From contig MU008183.1 of the NCBI GenBank assembly GCA_010909165.1, positions 620,001 through 684,000 on the forward strand: 64,000 nucleotides of DNA, in the 5' to 3' direction. The position numbers and the translations under genes were made by a program. The notes under the pieces were generated by a model. That model was not told where the DNA came from and searched no databases. It worked only from the letters and a program-made list of their open reading frames with translations. Source of the stretch: Anthoceros angustus (taxonomy: Eukaryota > Plantae > Anthocerotophyta). This document shows positions 38,979-52,266 of this stretch, in pieces (position 1 is the stretch's first letter; each line of letters opens with the position of its first letter).

Positions 38979-40534
38979 TTCAAGACCCAAAAAAAAAAAC
39001 TCTCTTCTGCTGCTATGCTTCCAGTGAGGCTCTCTGGGTTGGATGAGCACCTGAGTGGCAGATGAGATGAAGCAGCCTTATATCACACCCCGCTCTCCAA
39101 CAGACAATTATTGCAACAGCAGCAGAGTGCCAGAGACATACGAGGAAGCTTGATGTACCGGCTGCATCAAGCTTGCCAACCGAGTGCGTGCTCACATCGT
39201 GGCTCGGAAATATCATATGAAACTCCACCCGCCAGGGTGCTGTGTAACCGATCCCGCCGCACAGTGCTTCAAATGGAGTTAAAGCCGTACACGCCTCCGC
39301 AGATTCCACAATGGGCGCCGGCCACACCTACCAACCACAAACTACCGAGCATCAGGCAACAAGCAACGATGAACGATGAGAAGAACTCAGAACTGCTTCC
39401 CCAAAGGCCAGGCAACAACACCGCAAAATTTCTGCACCACCTCAAAGAAGAGAGGAGCCAAGAGAGGAAGCAAGAGATGATTCATTGAGTGGAAGCGTTC
39501 GTGATGACGACTCCTGTTGTGGCAGAAAGTCCTGAGGCGAGCGGATTTTCTGTCACAAGGGGGATCGTCATCGCGAGCCATTCCGCTTCGCACGCGACTC
39601 CACCAGAATATTGCGTACTAGTTCAACAACAAGAATGAAGAAGGACGCTTCGGAGTGGCCATTTTCTGGTGTATCCGGAATGAATGCCTGCAAGATTCAC
39701 GCTCTGGCGCTGTCCTCGTGGTTGAGACTGGACACCGGATTTCCGTGGCTGTCTGCAGCTGCATACAAGCAGGTCTATCGCTTGCTGGCACGTGGACTTG
39801 ACTTTCCTAGTCCGATTGCTGCCTTTAGGCAAGTCAAGCAACATTTACGAGATGGGCCAGAATTCTTAAACCCACCAGCCAGGTTTGTTCCGGTCTGCTT
39901 GCATGAGCTTGCGTTTGGACTGGGACTTGCAGGAGTCTAGGAAGTCTCGAGTCCGTCCCCCAGAGACCCGAGAGGAGCCCGGACCCGGAAGCAAGATAGC
40001 AGCACACTCTGCTTGCCATGGCCAGGAAGCGTCGGTGCTGCATGCGGTGCATCGCAATCGGTCGTGGCCACCCACTAGATTCCTCACTCTCATTCAATTT
40101 GGGCCTGTCTCTGATGTCCTGGACTCAGATAGTAGGTTGGGCAGAGAGTGGACTTGGAAGCCACACCCTTGATGTGGAAAGTTGGACCATTCACAGGGTG
40201 ACTGACGCAAGGCACCAGGCCTGCCTCCCTCTCTGGTCTGCCCTACCCTGCCATGCCATGCACTTGTACGTGAACGTCCTTTTGGCATGAGCGTGATAAA
40301 CAAATACGTGCATCAACCTCAGGTCACGCTTGCGATATGACTGCCTGATACCCTTCCTGCGAGCTCGCAATGTCCTACCCGGTCCTGTGAAGAATCACCA
40401 TACATGAGATGAAGAGGCCATTACAGTGCAGTGTTCCTCCCTAGAAGTAGTTGCAAGACCCGGCTGAAAACATCAGTGATGTTCCCAGGTCGGTCTCCCT
40501 CAGTGTTTAGAGAGGGTGGCCAACGTCATCTTCA

Positions 40535-41109
40535 GTGATCCTCTTCCTGGCTGGAGTGTCCATGACAGGAGACGTCATCCTACACTTGGGCTTCCTGGAC
40601 CGGATCATGAATTATGAGATCAAGAGAATGCGCCGAGTTCACCAGAGATTTGGCTCCTTCCTGTCAGGTGTGCTGGAGGAACATATCCTGCGAAATCCCG
40701 CGGCTCTGCGAAGGGTGTACCACGAGCTGGACGCGGTGGTAGGGAAAGAGAGGTTGATCACGGAATCCGATCTCCCAAACCTTCCCTACTCCCAGGCTGC
40801 GGTAAAGGAAACCTTCCGCCTTCATCCCGCCGGGCCGTTACTGGTTCCTCACGCAAGCAGCGAGGCTTGCGAGGTGGCAGGCTGCCACATCCCTGCCGAG
40901 ACCACCACCTTCGTGAATGCGTGGAGCATCGTCCCCCGCTGGAGTTTCAGCCCGACAGGATCGACGTGCGAGGCCAGCACTTCCAGCTGCTCCCTTTTGG
41001 CTCCGGCAGACGAGCTTGCCCTGGTATCCACCTGGGGATTGCCATGCTGCAGTACTCGCTGGCGAGGCGGGTGCATAGCTGCGATTGGGCCTGGCCACAG
41101 GGTCGGTGA
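40535..41109 (+). pseudogene. Cytochrome P450 (CYP71-clan-like) pseudogene fragment
   Basis: [30 protein letters not shown] (ExxR) and, after a frameshift, [13 protein letters not shown] (heme motif). The I-helix and part of the PERF region are deleted. Confidence 0.85.
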
Positions 41110-43152
41110 GGTCAGATGTTCTGCAAGCCTCAACCTCCCCGTTCTCAAAGCCATGGATCACAGAAGCCGCGTAACGTCGGGGAATCAGAATGCTTGCTGT
41201 CTACGCCGGGTTTGTTTTTTGATTTATTTTCAAAATACTAAATAATAATGAAAAAAACAAATCACAGAAGCCGCGTAGCGTAACACACACACAGTGCCTC
41301 CACTCTCCACTCGACGTCACGCTCTTTTTCTTTTCCAGTGTCTCATACTCTGATTGCCCACCGTATTACAATATCCTACTTGAATCCTGCTGGCTCAAAA
41401 ATACCTCTCTTCCAAGATGTCCCCCGCCTTTGCCCTTCGCTACTTGTCCTGCAGACACATTCTTTACTCATTTCAATCGGTAAATGACGACGGAGACTTC
41501 AGTCAAGCGAAATCCAGCCCGGTTAACAGCTGTCCGTCGTTTCTGGAGGCAGTTAGCTTAAGCAGCAAGATACCTTGCAATTCATCATTCCTCCCACCGC
41601 AAAGAGAAAACCCATATAAACTGATAACAAAATTGTCTAGGACCCACATACAGACAAGGACATCGGAGACCTGGGGCCATGCCTAGACTGTTGCATTCTT
41701 TGTGCATTAGGTACAATTCCCAAGACTTTCTCTCCAATGCAGCCCGGCTTGTGGTAAAATCTATCCTCGTCATAACTCCAGAGACTACCCAAAAACGAAG
41801 TTGTTGATTGGTCTCCCCAGATGTAATTGCGTGGACGGTCTTCAGAAGTCCCTTTGGGGACTTCTGCAAAGGGACTTCTGACTTCCCTTGGGGTCATGAC
41901 TTCAAGAGTCTTGCGCAGAAAAGCAGTTCTTTCCCGTTGACGTTACATGAGGGCAAACTTGGGTGATATTCAAGCCATGCAATTCCAGCTTGTTTTCATT
42001 CAACCCAGATTCCTAGATGAGGGGCAGAGGTGATCCATCCCAGCCAAGTTTTGTGACTTGCTGACACATTTGTGTGTGGGGAAGCGTGGGAATGGCAGCG
42101 TAGGATGGAGATTGCGAGCTCACAAACCAGGTACATATGTCGATATGTGAAGGGCGTTCAGGCTGTTGCAGCTTGGTGCAGCCCACCGTGCAGCAGCTGG
42201 GAACCAGTCCAGTGGTTTGAGTCAACTTTTGTTCTGTGGCCTTGTCCAACGTCGGGTACACTGGCAGCATATACGTGGGGTAGCAAGGTCAAGCCGCAGC
42301 GATGCATGAACAGTTCAACAAGAAGACAAGAAGAGACATGTAACTTCCCAATTCTGACCTCGACGACGCTGGCTGCCAGCAACACAGCGGGAGCATCAGA
42401 GCAGATTCAACACCAAGGCAAGTAAAAATGAAGCCTCGCCAGCATCCTGACTCGCTGCCGGGCAGCCCATGAGAACGGAAGGGAAGTGAGACAGTCGTCG
42501 AAATACCCGACATCCATGCCCGGCTTTCGAGTGGTGGGAGTTTCCTCACTTGGCTGGGTAAGGCTGGCGGCATGGGATGGTGGCGGCTCCAATTAACGGG
42601 AGGCTTGCCGCGTCCAAAGTATGATTTGTGTAGTGAGTGGTGGTAGCGGCTCTCCCTCTCCGCGGGGCGGGGTTTTGTTACGCGCTTGGACTGACGTCCC
42701 CATTCGCAAGCCGCCCTATCCTGCGCTCCTGCGCTCCTGCGCTCCAGCGCTCCAACGCTCCTGCGCCTGGCGATCTAAATCGGTGCCGTTTTCTGGCGCA
42801 GCACGCCATGGCGAGCCGGTGAACGCGCCTCATCCGCCTCTTCATACAGCAGACCGAGCGGACAACGCCAGAGGAAGCCAGAACAGCAACTCCTGCAGCG
42901 GCATCTCAGCTCGTCCGCCCAGGGCATTGCACCAACCGTCTCCGAGGACACAGCCGAGGAGCGGTACACGAGGGGGAGGAATTGGAAGAAGAGAATTGCG
43001 AAGCTCAACTCCGCAAACCGGAGTATGCTATCCGTGTGCCGCACTGCAGGAAGCACGCTGTTACCACACGATTGCAGCTGCTTCGGGAATTGCACGCTTC
43101 TGCGATATACCGTAGTGTGGAAGAACTTGAATTGTGCTGTCCAACCCGAGGC

Positions 43153-44058
43153 ATGGCTCGCCAGGAGCTGAGCCACCGCATGGTGAGAACCAACGGGATC
43201 GACATGCACATCGCGGAGCAAGGGAGCGGGCCGACGGTGCTTCTTTTGCACGGCTTTCCGGAGATCTGGTATTCCTGGAGGCACCAGCTCCCGGCGCTGG
43301 CGGCGGCTGGATTCCACGCTGTGGCTCCCGACATCCGGGGCTACGGGCTCACCAAGGGCCCGGACGATCCCCGCCAATACGACGCGCTCAGCATGGTGGC
43401 GGATCTGGCGGGCCTGATCGAGGCTTTGGGAGAGAAGCAGGTGTTTGTGGTAGGGCACGACTGGGGCGCTCACCACGCGTGGGATCTGTGCCTGCTGCGC
43501 CCCGATCTTGTTAGGGCCGTCGTCTGTCTCAGCGTCCCGTTCCAGCCGAGGTTGGCGTCCGGGAGCTGGCTCTCGCGTTACCGCAGGGAGCTGGGGGACA
43601 ATTTCTACATGGTGAGATTCCAGAAGCCCGGGCTGGCGGAAGAGGATTACAACATCTGCGGGACGGCAAATGCGCTGCGGAGAATGTTTGCGTACGGGCA
43701 GGAGGTTCCCGCCAATCCTATCAGCGAAAAGGAGTTGGCTGTCTACGCCAAGAGCTTCGCAAGCACCGGATGGACTGGCGCGCTGAACGCGTACCGGAAC
43801 ATAGAGAGGTCGTGGGAGCTCAAGGCTCCTTGGACGGATTGTGGTGTCGAAATGCCTGCGCTCTTCATGGTGGGGGAACACGATGCTGTGTATGCATTCC
43901 CCGGGATGCGGGAGTATGTGCATGGAGAAGGATTTCGGAAGTATGTTCCCAATTTGGAGCAGATCGTGGTGCTTGAGGACAGTCACCATTTCATCCAGCA
44001 GGAGAGACATGAGACTGTCTCGGCTCACATGATCGAGTTCTTCCAAAACCACTTGTGA
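43153..44058 (+). CDS. Soluble epoxide hydrolase-like alpha/beta hydrolase, 301 aa, intronless
   Basis: NGIDMHIAEQG, LLHGFPEIWYSWRHQL, APDIRGYG, VGHDWGA (nucleophile Asp), GEHD, HHFIQQE (catalytic His). Confidence 0.93.
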   Translation: MARQELSHRMVRTNGIDMHIAEQGSGPTVLLLHGFPEIWYSWRHQLPALAAAGFHAVAPDIRGYGLTKGPDDPRQYDALSMVADLAGLIEALGEKQVFVVGHDWGAHHAWDLCLLRPDLVRAVVCLSVPFQPRLASGSWLSRYRRELGDNFYMVRFQKPGLAEEDYNICGTANALRRMFAYGQEVPANPISEKELAVYAKSFASTGWTGALNAYRNIERSWELKAPWTDCGVEMPALFMVGEHDAVYAFPGMREYVHGEGFRKYVPNLEQIVVLEDSHHFIQQERHETVSAHMIEFFQNHL

Positions 44059-44916
44059 ATTTTGTGCATCACCGTTAGCCAGGAAGGGAGAGCCTAGAAG
44101 TAGCGAGCTCCCACCCACTGCGCTTATTCTTTCCTCCTTGCATCGTGCGCAAGCCAATTGCAAGTCGAGTTGAGGCAAATTTGTGGAAAATAACCAAGGA
44201 CGATCGTCAATTTTTTTGTTCTCTCCCATACGTGCAGACGCGTTTGTCACTGCTCAAGTGCTTCCTGCAGACATGTCGGTCTGAGCGCCTCCTTGACATT
44301 AGTATCTACTCGGGGGCACGCCATGGCTGAGGTCGGTGTTGCAGATCCAGGCCTGAGAGTTCCATATCGTCGTTCTTGTCTGTATCCAGTCGCAGTCTGG
44401 CTCAGATTTGTCGCCTTTCTGCCCGGTCTGGTCTGGGGGAAGAATGATCTGGAATGTCAAACACGGCTCTCACAAAAACGAGTCGTAATGCAAGAAGCAA
44501 GATTTTGCAGATTGATGTGGACAAAAGAATGACAGTTTATTGCAACCTCAACGAGGTTATGATTGCTGATTCCGGGGATTAAGAAACCGGAAGAACATGG
44601 AATCCGCTTCAGGACGGAGATGAGGAACGTGTGGAGGTTGAAGTACCTCCCACTACAAGCAGGCACGGACTGGCCGCTGAGTGCTCACCTCTATACCCTG
44701 GGTGATGGTATGACAAGAATCCTGCATCTGAAGGCCCATGGATTTAGGACAAGGCAGATCCTGGCAAGACTGTCACAAGATGCCGCAAGAATGGAGTCCC
44801 CTGGGGTTAAGATCGAACAAAATTGCTCCTGGAACAACAAGATGCAGGGAGGAGTGATGAGGAATCAAGAGAGGCTCACAGACCTCCATGATTCCCCGGA
44901 ACCTTCAAGAGAGTGC

Positions 44917-45616
44917 CTAAAACGCATCCACAAGCTTCCGAATGCGCGCCATGTTGAGCAGGCGGATGCGGGAGCGCACAGAGATGTCGAACTCCAGCCC
45001 GAGGCACGGCCAATTGAAGCGGATGTCCAGCGACGGGTCCACGCACAGCAGGTAGTCTTCCACATCCAATTCCGCAGTCCTCCATTCCAAATCGTCTTCT
45101 TCTTCCTCCTCCCATTCCCCAGCCTCCGCCTCCCAGATGAACATGGAGGAGGAAGCCAGCCAGTGTGATCTCACCAGCCAATCCATGAAACTCACAGTCT
45201 TCCCTCCAGCAAGCTGCACCGCGAGACTGAATTCAGATCCCTGGCCAGCCTGTTCGGATAGCTTCTTCGGAGCCTCTCCTTCTTGCTTCTTCTACCAGAT
45301 CCCGCAAGTCTCAGACGTGGTTCAGAAAAACCCGCTTATTATGTCCAGTTCTGCACTGCCGCTGCCGCATACCTGTGACGTGCCTCGGACTCCCTGCCTG
45401 TCCCTGGCTCACGTTGTACGATATACCGCCAATGGCAGCTTTATTGAGCACGCAACAATTGCCAAATAAAATGGCTTGCAGTCGCAGGAATAGGAACCCC
45501 GGTGCCCATGGCGTGGGGTCACCACATTCCACCGCCCCATGTCCAGTTCCGAAGAAGTAGGCCCGAGCCTCCAGGAGATGGTGGAGTCGTGAGCGAGGGA
45601 AGTGGAATCCGCACAA
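44917..45616 (-). CDS. Possible unrecognised spliced gene or pseudogene
   Basis: Coding-like terminal segment (..MDWLVRSHWL..EEEEEDDLEWRTAELDVEDYLLCVDPSLDIRFNWP..KLVDAF*) and a protein-like upstream ORF (45616-45311) with a GTATGC donor; no start codon or family identified. Confidence 0.3.
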
Positions 45617-47194
45617 TCTTTAACCGGGAGTCCTGGTGAGATCCTCTCACAATCCTTTAGGGGCTGTTGGAAAGAAGCGGAGTGACTCTGCAACGGGGTC
45701 CAACGTGCACGACCCACATTCACCAGCCTGGTTGTGAGGTTGTGAGATTGTGAGGTTCTGAGGGAGCAGGCTGCGAATTTCCAGAACCGAAAATCAGAAG
45801 GGCTTTGAAATCCGGTCGTGTAGGAGGGGAGCAGCCTATGCATGCAGAGATGCTAAAACTGGCAACAGACTGTTCCTTTGACCAGCACGTATGTGTGTAT
45901 GTACTACACGAGACCTGAGGAATTACAGTACCAGGGAGTACGAACGTTGGATTGGAGACTGCAAGATGATGGGCAGTGGGGAAGAAGTCAAAGCAAGTAA
46001 GGTGGTGGTTTCACCTGCAACTTGCCTTGTCAAGGTTGTTGGTTGTTCCGGGTTCACCTGCTTCCTTCCAGGATGTGAGGATGTATCAACTTGTCGGACC
46101 ACCCACATGTAAATCGTAATCCTCGGAGTGGAGGAGGATGCAAGTTGCCTGCTTGCTGCAAAGCTTCACGACATAAAAATCTGCAGAAGGAGCTTCACCA
46201 AAAGGCAGGAAGATGTACTAGAAACACATGTGCAGATGGAGGGAAGTTTGAGAACGACGATGAACCACAAGTGGAGTAGATGTATTCACAACCTACGGGT
46301 AGAGTGATGAGGAATCTGAAACAAAACGATCCCTCGTGAAGCGGAATTAGAACACCTCACCCAACAGGAATGCGCGTTGGTATGGACGCAGGGGAACATA
46401 ACCAACGCGAAGCCCAACCAACAAGGTTATGAGAGTCAGGACGTAGCAACGATGTGACAAGTCACGGGGAGAACGAAAACTAGGTGCAGACAGGAACAAT
46501 GGCGATAGGTGGCACAGTCTCCCTGTTTCCTCCCCGCAAATGCCCACCTAACGCAGGCCAGGATGTGCGGACAGGCATCTCAGAACCCTAAAAGCCACCA
46601 CTGCATCACCGCCACATGACAGAAATATCTGTTTAGCAATCTACAAACTCGGCACAAAGCTAGCAGAACTGCAAGAGACTGATCGGTGGTGAGCACATGG
46701 TCTGTAGTGTCTGTATATTTCCAGCCCACCGACTATTCTCATTAGCAAAGAGTGCGGAAAGATTGGAAGAAGCAAGCAACGGCCATGTCTTTCCCAAAGC
46801 CTGCGCATTACCCTGCGTGGTGATGCGTGTCATCAATGCCAGTCTTTGCGCATTCTATATCCGGCACTTCAAGGACACCAACGCAGTGAGGAAAAAAAAG
46901 AAGGAACCTTATGCCTGCCCCAACGTCTGCTTTTGACCAGGCTCCTTTAATCCAGCTGCTTCGGGAGAAGTGTAAATAATGAGGGATTAGCAGGTCTCGG
47001 GACTGGCGGTGGCTCGTTTATGGTAACGTACATGCATCGAGAACCGGAGACAAGGCCAGGCCATGAACATTCTGAGAGAGACATACTTTATTACTCATGG
47101 TGTTGGTACAAAGATCGAAGGGAGTGATTGGTCACTGAGACCAGGGGGGTGGGTGGGGCGGAGCTTCGGAAGGAAGAGGGTGTGGAAATGTACA

Positions 47195-47350
47195 GCCAAG
47201 GACGAACAAACAAGGAAAATGACGGGAAGCAAGAAAGGAAATGGAAGAGAAGCAAGAAAGGAAAGGGAAGAGAAGCAAGGAAAGGGAAGGGAAGGGGAGA
47301 AAAGGGAAGGGACGTAAACGAAACTAGGAAACAAGGGAGCAAGGAAGAAA
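47195..47350. repeat. GA-rich low-complexity tract downstream of the bHLH gene
   Basis: Runs of GGAAG/AAGAAAGG/GGGAAG. Confidence 0.8.
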
Positions 47351-47371
47351 CCCCAGAAAGCAAGAAGAATA

Positions 47372-48961
47372 CTAGGAATCCTGAACCTTGGCTTCCAGCT
47401 CCTCTACCCTGCGCTTCAGCTCTTTGATGTACTCCACAGCCTCGTCCAACATGTCCGCCGTGTTGCTCTGCTTGTCCAGATTGGGCAGCAGCTCCTGCAG
47501 CCTCTTCATCCTCTCCCCGATCCGAGTCCGCCTATTCCTCTCAGCAATGCTGCGGGGGTGAGTGGCACAGCCGCGCTTGGCCCTGGTGCGGCAGGGGATG
47601 GAGCTCTCCCCGTACTGCTGCGGGCTGCGGGGCTTGAGGGGGCTGGGCAGGCTGGCGAACCGGGTGAGCGGCTGCGGGTTGCCGGCCTGGGGATCCAGCC
47701 CCTGCCCCCGCAGCCTGGAGGGATCCGACAACCAGCTCTTCTCCAAATCCGCAGCGCTCCAAGGCGCCTTGGCGGAGTCAGTAGGGGAGAGCACGTCCCG
47801 CATCACCTCGTCCCTCCCGAACATGGACATGGAATCCCTGGCCCCCGTCACATCCAGCGGCAGCACATTCTTCATGGGAGACCTGGCCATGGCGTCCATC
47901 ATCAGGGGACGCTGGATCCCGTCCATCTGGTCCTGCTCCTCGATGGCCAGCTTGTCCAGAAAATCTGCCGGGCAGCTCCCATGCCGCAGCAGGCTCCCGC
48001 GTTTCATCGGCACCTCGGAGGCCTCCGCCATGGGGCTGTTCCCAGACTTCCCTGCCTCCAGCATGAAGTCATCCCTCACCTGCTGGTTGCTTCCAGCCGA
48101 GCCGGGAGACCCCTGCCCTGACGACGGCGGCCACATCCCCTGCACAGGCAACGGAATCCCGTATCTCTGCGCCATGCTAATGTCGTACTTCAAATCCCCG
48201 TTGAACGCCTTCATCCCTGCTGCCGCCGCTGCAGCCTCATCTATCCTAAGGCCTCCCTTCCCCGCCTTGTCCAAGTCCCCGTCATCTCCCGACTCCGACA
48301 CCGTCCCGAGCGTGCTGCCATCGCACCGCTTCCCTTGCGCCATCAATTCGCTCAGGCTGTCCAAATCCTGCTCCCGGATATCATCAATCATCTCCGCCAG
48401 CAGCGCACTGGGAGCCGAACTGTAGCGGCTCAGATTAGCCCTGTGCGGCGAGCCGGAGCCCGGAGCAAGCGAATGCGGACTCTCCCCCGACTGCATCACC
48501 ACTCCCGGGATGCACTGGCTCATCCGATTCACATCCACCACCTCGCTCACGTTGCCGGCATCCGGCAACCACTTCTTGTTACTGAAACCTTCCCACCTGT
48601 GCTGCATCGGCCCCGCCCCGGAATGCCCCGAGCTCATCTCCAGCGGCCTGGCGCTGGCGACGCTGCTGAGCCCCGTGGCCAGCCCCGACGAAAACCCTTG
48701 CTGCAGAGGCACCACCGTGTAGGGAGCCGACGTCATGAACAAGCTCTGCTGCTGCTGCTGCTGCTGGTGTTGTTGCTGCTGCTGCTGCTGCTGCTGCTGT
48801 TGCTGCTGGAGTTGCTGCTGATGCTGCTGGTGCAGCTGCACAATCTTGTCGGTGCCGCTCAATCCCGCCGCCGGCACCACTCCCGCCATCGCCCCGCTCA
48901 CATGACTGTGCAGCATCGCGCTCAGCTCCTCCTCAATTCCTCCCATCCTCAGCGGACACAT
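47372..48961 (-). CDS. bHLH transcription factor, FBH/AKS (bHLH130-like) subfamily, ~529 aa, intronless CDS
   Basis: PCRTRAKRGCATHPRSIAERNRRTRIGERMKRLQELLPNLDKQSNTADMLDEAVEYIK; RxxS-P motifs LSRYSSAP, LRHGSCPADF, LTRFASLP; polyQ. The start ATG (48961) is inferred. Confidence 0.93.
   Translation of the reverse strand: MCPLRMGGIEEELSAMLHSHVSGAMAGVVPAAGLSGTDKIVQLHQQHQQQLQQQQQQQQQQQQQHQQQQQQQSLFMTSAPYTVVPLQQGFSSGLATGLSSVASARPLEMSSGHSGAGPMQHRWEGFSNKKWLPDAGNVSEVVDVNRMSQCIPGVVMQSGESPHSLAPGSGSPHRANLSRYSSAPSALLAEMIDDIREQDLDSLSELMAQGKRCDGSTLGTVSESGDDGDLDKAGKGGLRIDEAAAAAAGMKAFNGDLKYDISMAQRYGIPLPVQGMWPPSSGQGSPGSAGSNQQVRDDFMLEAGKSGNSPMAEASEVPMKRGSLLRHGSCPADFLDKLAIEEQDQMDGIQRPLMMDAMARSPMKNVLPLDVTGARDSMSMFGRDEVMRDVLSPTDSAKAPWSAADLEKSWLSDPSRLRGQGLDPQAGNPQPLTRFASLPSPLKPRSPQQYGESSIPCRTRAKRGCATHPRSIAERNRRTRIGERMKRLQELLPNLDKQSNTADMLDEAVEYIKELKRRVEELEAKVQDS
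48745..48835 (-). repeat. CAG/CAA polyglutamine tract in the bHLH gene
   Basis: (CTG/TTG)n on the plus strand encoding QQQHQQQLQQQQ... on the minus strand. Confidence 0.95.
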
Positions 48962-51900
48962 TTTGATTCCTCCTCCCTCCTCCCTCCTCCCTCCCCCTGC
49001 CAAGCCACAAGCTTCGCAAATCCAAATCACACGAATCCGCTCCCTCCACCACCTCCCTCTCTACTTCCCAGGCCTCTCCGCCACAAGCCTCCGCCCTCGG
49101 GCACACGGAGTCCCTCCTTCCCCCATCTCCAGCTCCGCAATCACAAATCCGGTCCGCAAGCACGCAGGTTCACCGCCACGGCACTCCTCCCCCGGATTCA
49201 CCGACAATGCGGCCCGCCCCGCTCCCGGGCCTTCCCTGCAGCTCCCGGAAGGCCCTAGCAGCAGCCACAGCCAATGGTGAAACCTGAATCCGCCGCCACA
49301 GACAGAGCGAGACACACCCACCGCCAGGCGCTGCCGCGAGACGAGCCAACAAACAGAGACGTGGGAGGCTCAGGCGCAGCGGGTGGAGGGGTACAAGGCA
49401 GTTAACAAGGCAAGTGGGAAGGCGCCTGGCTCTGCTGCCGGTATATCGGCTATGGCGGCAGTGGACTGAAGCCGGGGCTCGGGGTTGAAGATGAGGAAGG
49501 GCGACGCACTGTAGATGCCAGCCAGAGAGATTCGAAGGCGCAGGGAAGGAGGAGTCGGAGTCGCATTATAAAATCTTACCTTTTGCAGTAGCCCCGGGGG
49601 AACTCTGAAAAGGGACGATACAATACATACAAGATCAAATCCGAGCCTGCGCCTCCGCCTGCGCCAGGCAATACAATCCAACCGTGAACTTCCGTCCTTT
49701 TCCGCCCCTTTTGCCTCCTTTAACATTGTAGGAAGCGTAAGCCCCCATTTCAGCCTTTTAGCCTTTACTTCGCATCCCGGCATTTATCGTCCTTTTCCTG
49801 GCCACCACTTTTGCAGCCGCTTTTCCAGCCACCGACTCGCCTCCCCATAAACCATCCTTCATGGTACATACGTAAACCCAAAGGCATTCCATCATTTCCC
49901 GGTTTCGGGTGCATCATGTTTCACCTGGGACTCCAAGCCCTTTGTCTCGGTCTCCTCTACCCAGGAATTAGGCGTATACCTGCCCAGCACTTTTAATCTC
50001 GAATTCACAACTCAATATCAAAACCGTGAGTGAACGGCAGTAGCATGGCTATTGAACCTGCTACCCTAACTCCTTACATCAAGTATTTTGATCACTATAA
50101 ACAGTTTAAAATTTTAATCTGGCATTTATACTCAATATCAAAACCGTAAGTGAACTGCAGCAACACATGGCTGCTAGCTTGGCTCCTTATATCAAGTATT
50201 TGGCATTCGCACTTGTGGATGAGAAAGGCGAGGCAGTTAAAGTTTCTAACAATATCAAACACCAATGGGTGAGAAAGGCGAGGCATCTGTTCAGAAGCAA
50301 GCAAAGAAGGTGATTTGGAGTGATATGGCAGAAGAAGAGAATGCTAACGGTGTTAGTGGTGGAGGAGGTGGTGCTACGTTTGATGGTGACAAGGATGGCA
50401 TTCATGGTAGCGATGGTGCACACTTGGGCGAAAAGCTACCCATTCTTGCTGATGATGCCCTCCAGTTGTTTGGAAGTGGGATGGAGACTTTATTGTAAAA
50501 GAAAGATGGGGAAAATCCATATACCCCCTGACAAGGAGGAACAACCGTTTGAGAGGGCATCAAACCATGGGGACTAACCCCCCTTGTCGCCAATCTTGTA
50601 ACTACCTATCGCACCAAGAATGTCATAGTCGGGGATAGAAAAGGGCCTACCTACCACCAGTGTCGAAGATGTCGTCTCGTCTGCGCTTGTGGTCGTCCTA
50701 TATACCGCGTTGGCTAATGCCCTCTGCAGGGCGATAGACACTCGTTGCCTGAAGAAAGCCACAATACAGGAAAGAAGAAGGCCAACCCCATTCCTGCAAG
50801 TGAAACGTGATCCCTCGGGACCACGTTGTTGAGTTCCCAATATGTGCACCACAACATCAACTCGCAATTGCTGAATGCATATGTTTGCGGCAGTTTGCAT
50901 GCATACTTATAATCTTGGGGCTTGCAAAGCACCTAGACTTATAATCTTGGGGCTTGCAAAGCACCTCCTCTGCCACATAAGCTGCCCATCATTCAACAAT
51001 CCCTACAATGATCCTCTTGATGGCGGAGTTATCAACTGGTCCTCCTCAATTGAAATGTGTTTGATAAGCTGCTACTCAGATTACTAAAAAAACCTTCCAT
51101 AAATTAAAAAAAATTGAAGTACTAAGTAAAAAAATTAAATCAAACAGTATCTTGTTATGAGATAACAAAATTCTCTCATGGGATAGACAGAGGGATACAC
51201 AGAATTCCCTAACCGCATAAAAACAAAATGTATTGTTATTACACTGTGCAGTACACAAAAGGAACCAAGCAGAAAAGAAGGCGTCGTTTCTGGAGGTGCA
51301 TCTACATAGACTCGCCATAACGTACTTGGAGGCAAACGGATATGACGTCCACACATCTTGCCATAGATCGGCATCAGAATATAAGCAGGTTACTTTATGG
51401 AAGGGCAAGCGCAGCGTGGCAGGGGCAGCACTTGCATGATTGCCCGTACGCGGAGTTGTGACAAACGGCGCATGTGAGTAGATTATGGGCAACAAAGATT
51501 TGAAGCAGACTATGAACCCGATTTGCGAAGCGGAGTTAACCGGACAAGGACGACATGTGTGTATGCGAGCATATAGCTATCCGGTGACGTGAGGAATGAC
51601 GTGTGTGTGCAGAGTCCGCGGACTTTACCGAGCTGATTCGATGCAGTGGCGGCTCATTTTGGGGCGCCTCGACCTACGTGCACCGCGCTGCACATGCCTG
51701 CCTCGCTGGGTGGGGCACACCCACACGCGGAACGGTCTGAGTACATGTGTTGTACATCCACATGTACAGTACATACATGACGGAATCTTGCTCTAATATA
51801 GACCCAGGATGAGCTCACTGTAATCACCAACGGCACCCCGTGCACGTCCAGGTGCAAATGCGAGTCACTGGATGGCGTGATTTGACCAGGTGAGGGAGGG

Positions 51901-52059
51901 CAGGATAGGCCTGGTTTTGTGCGAGGTGAAAGAGATTTTCAGGGGAGTCGTTGGACCTGGGTGGGTTTGCACTTTGCTGGTCGGGAGCACGAGCTGCGCA
52001 AGTGGCAACAGAAGCGGACAGGAGAGATCAGGAGAGGTGATGAGGGTGCCAGGAAGACA

Positions 52060-52233
52060 TCAGCAGAGGCGAGGAGGATGCCAGGAAGAGAGCAGGAGAG
52101 GTGATGATGGGGCCAGGGCAATATCAGGTCCTGAGAGGTGAGGAGGGAACGGGGTAACGACAAGGTGGGGTGGCTGGGGTGGTGAGATGGGGAAGATGGG
52201 TGGTGGGTAGGCGAGGAGGGAGGAGTTATGTGA

Positions 52234-52266
<33 letters not shown>

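Noticed and set aside
39380-40300. Short ORFs upstream of the P450 relic
   Set aside because: No motif or consistent exon chain; may be decayed P450 5' sequence.
41400-42600. Protein-like minus-strand fragments (e.g. SLWSYDEDRFYHKPG)
   Set aside because: Could not be spliced into an open frame or assigned to a family.
42775-44250. 491-aa minus-strand ORF
   Set aside because: Antisense shadow of the epoxide hydrolase.
47558-49258. Plus-strand ORFs of 187-307 aa over the bHLH gene
   Set aside because: Antisense shadows; the polyL stretch mirrors the polyQ.
51233-51439. 68-aa plus ORF (FLEVHLHRLAITYLEANGYD)
   Set aside because: Isolated, non-ATG start, no recognisable family.
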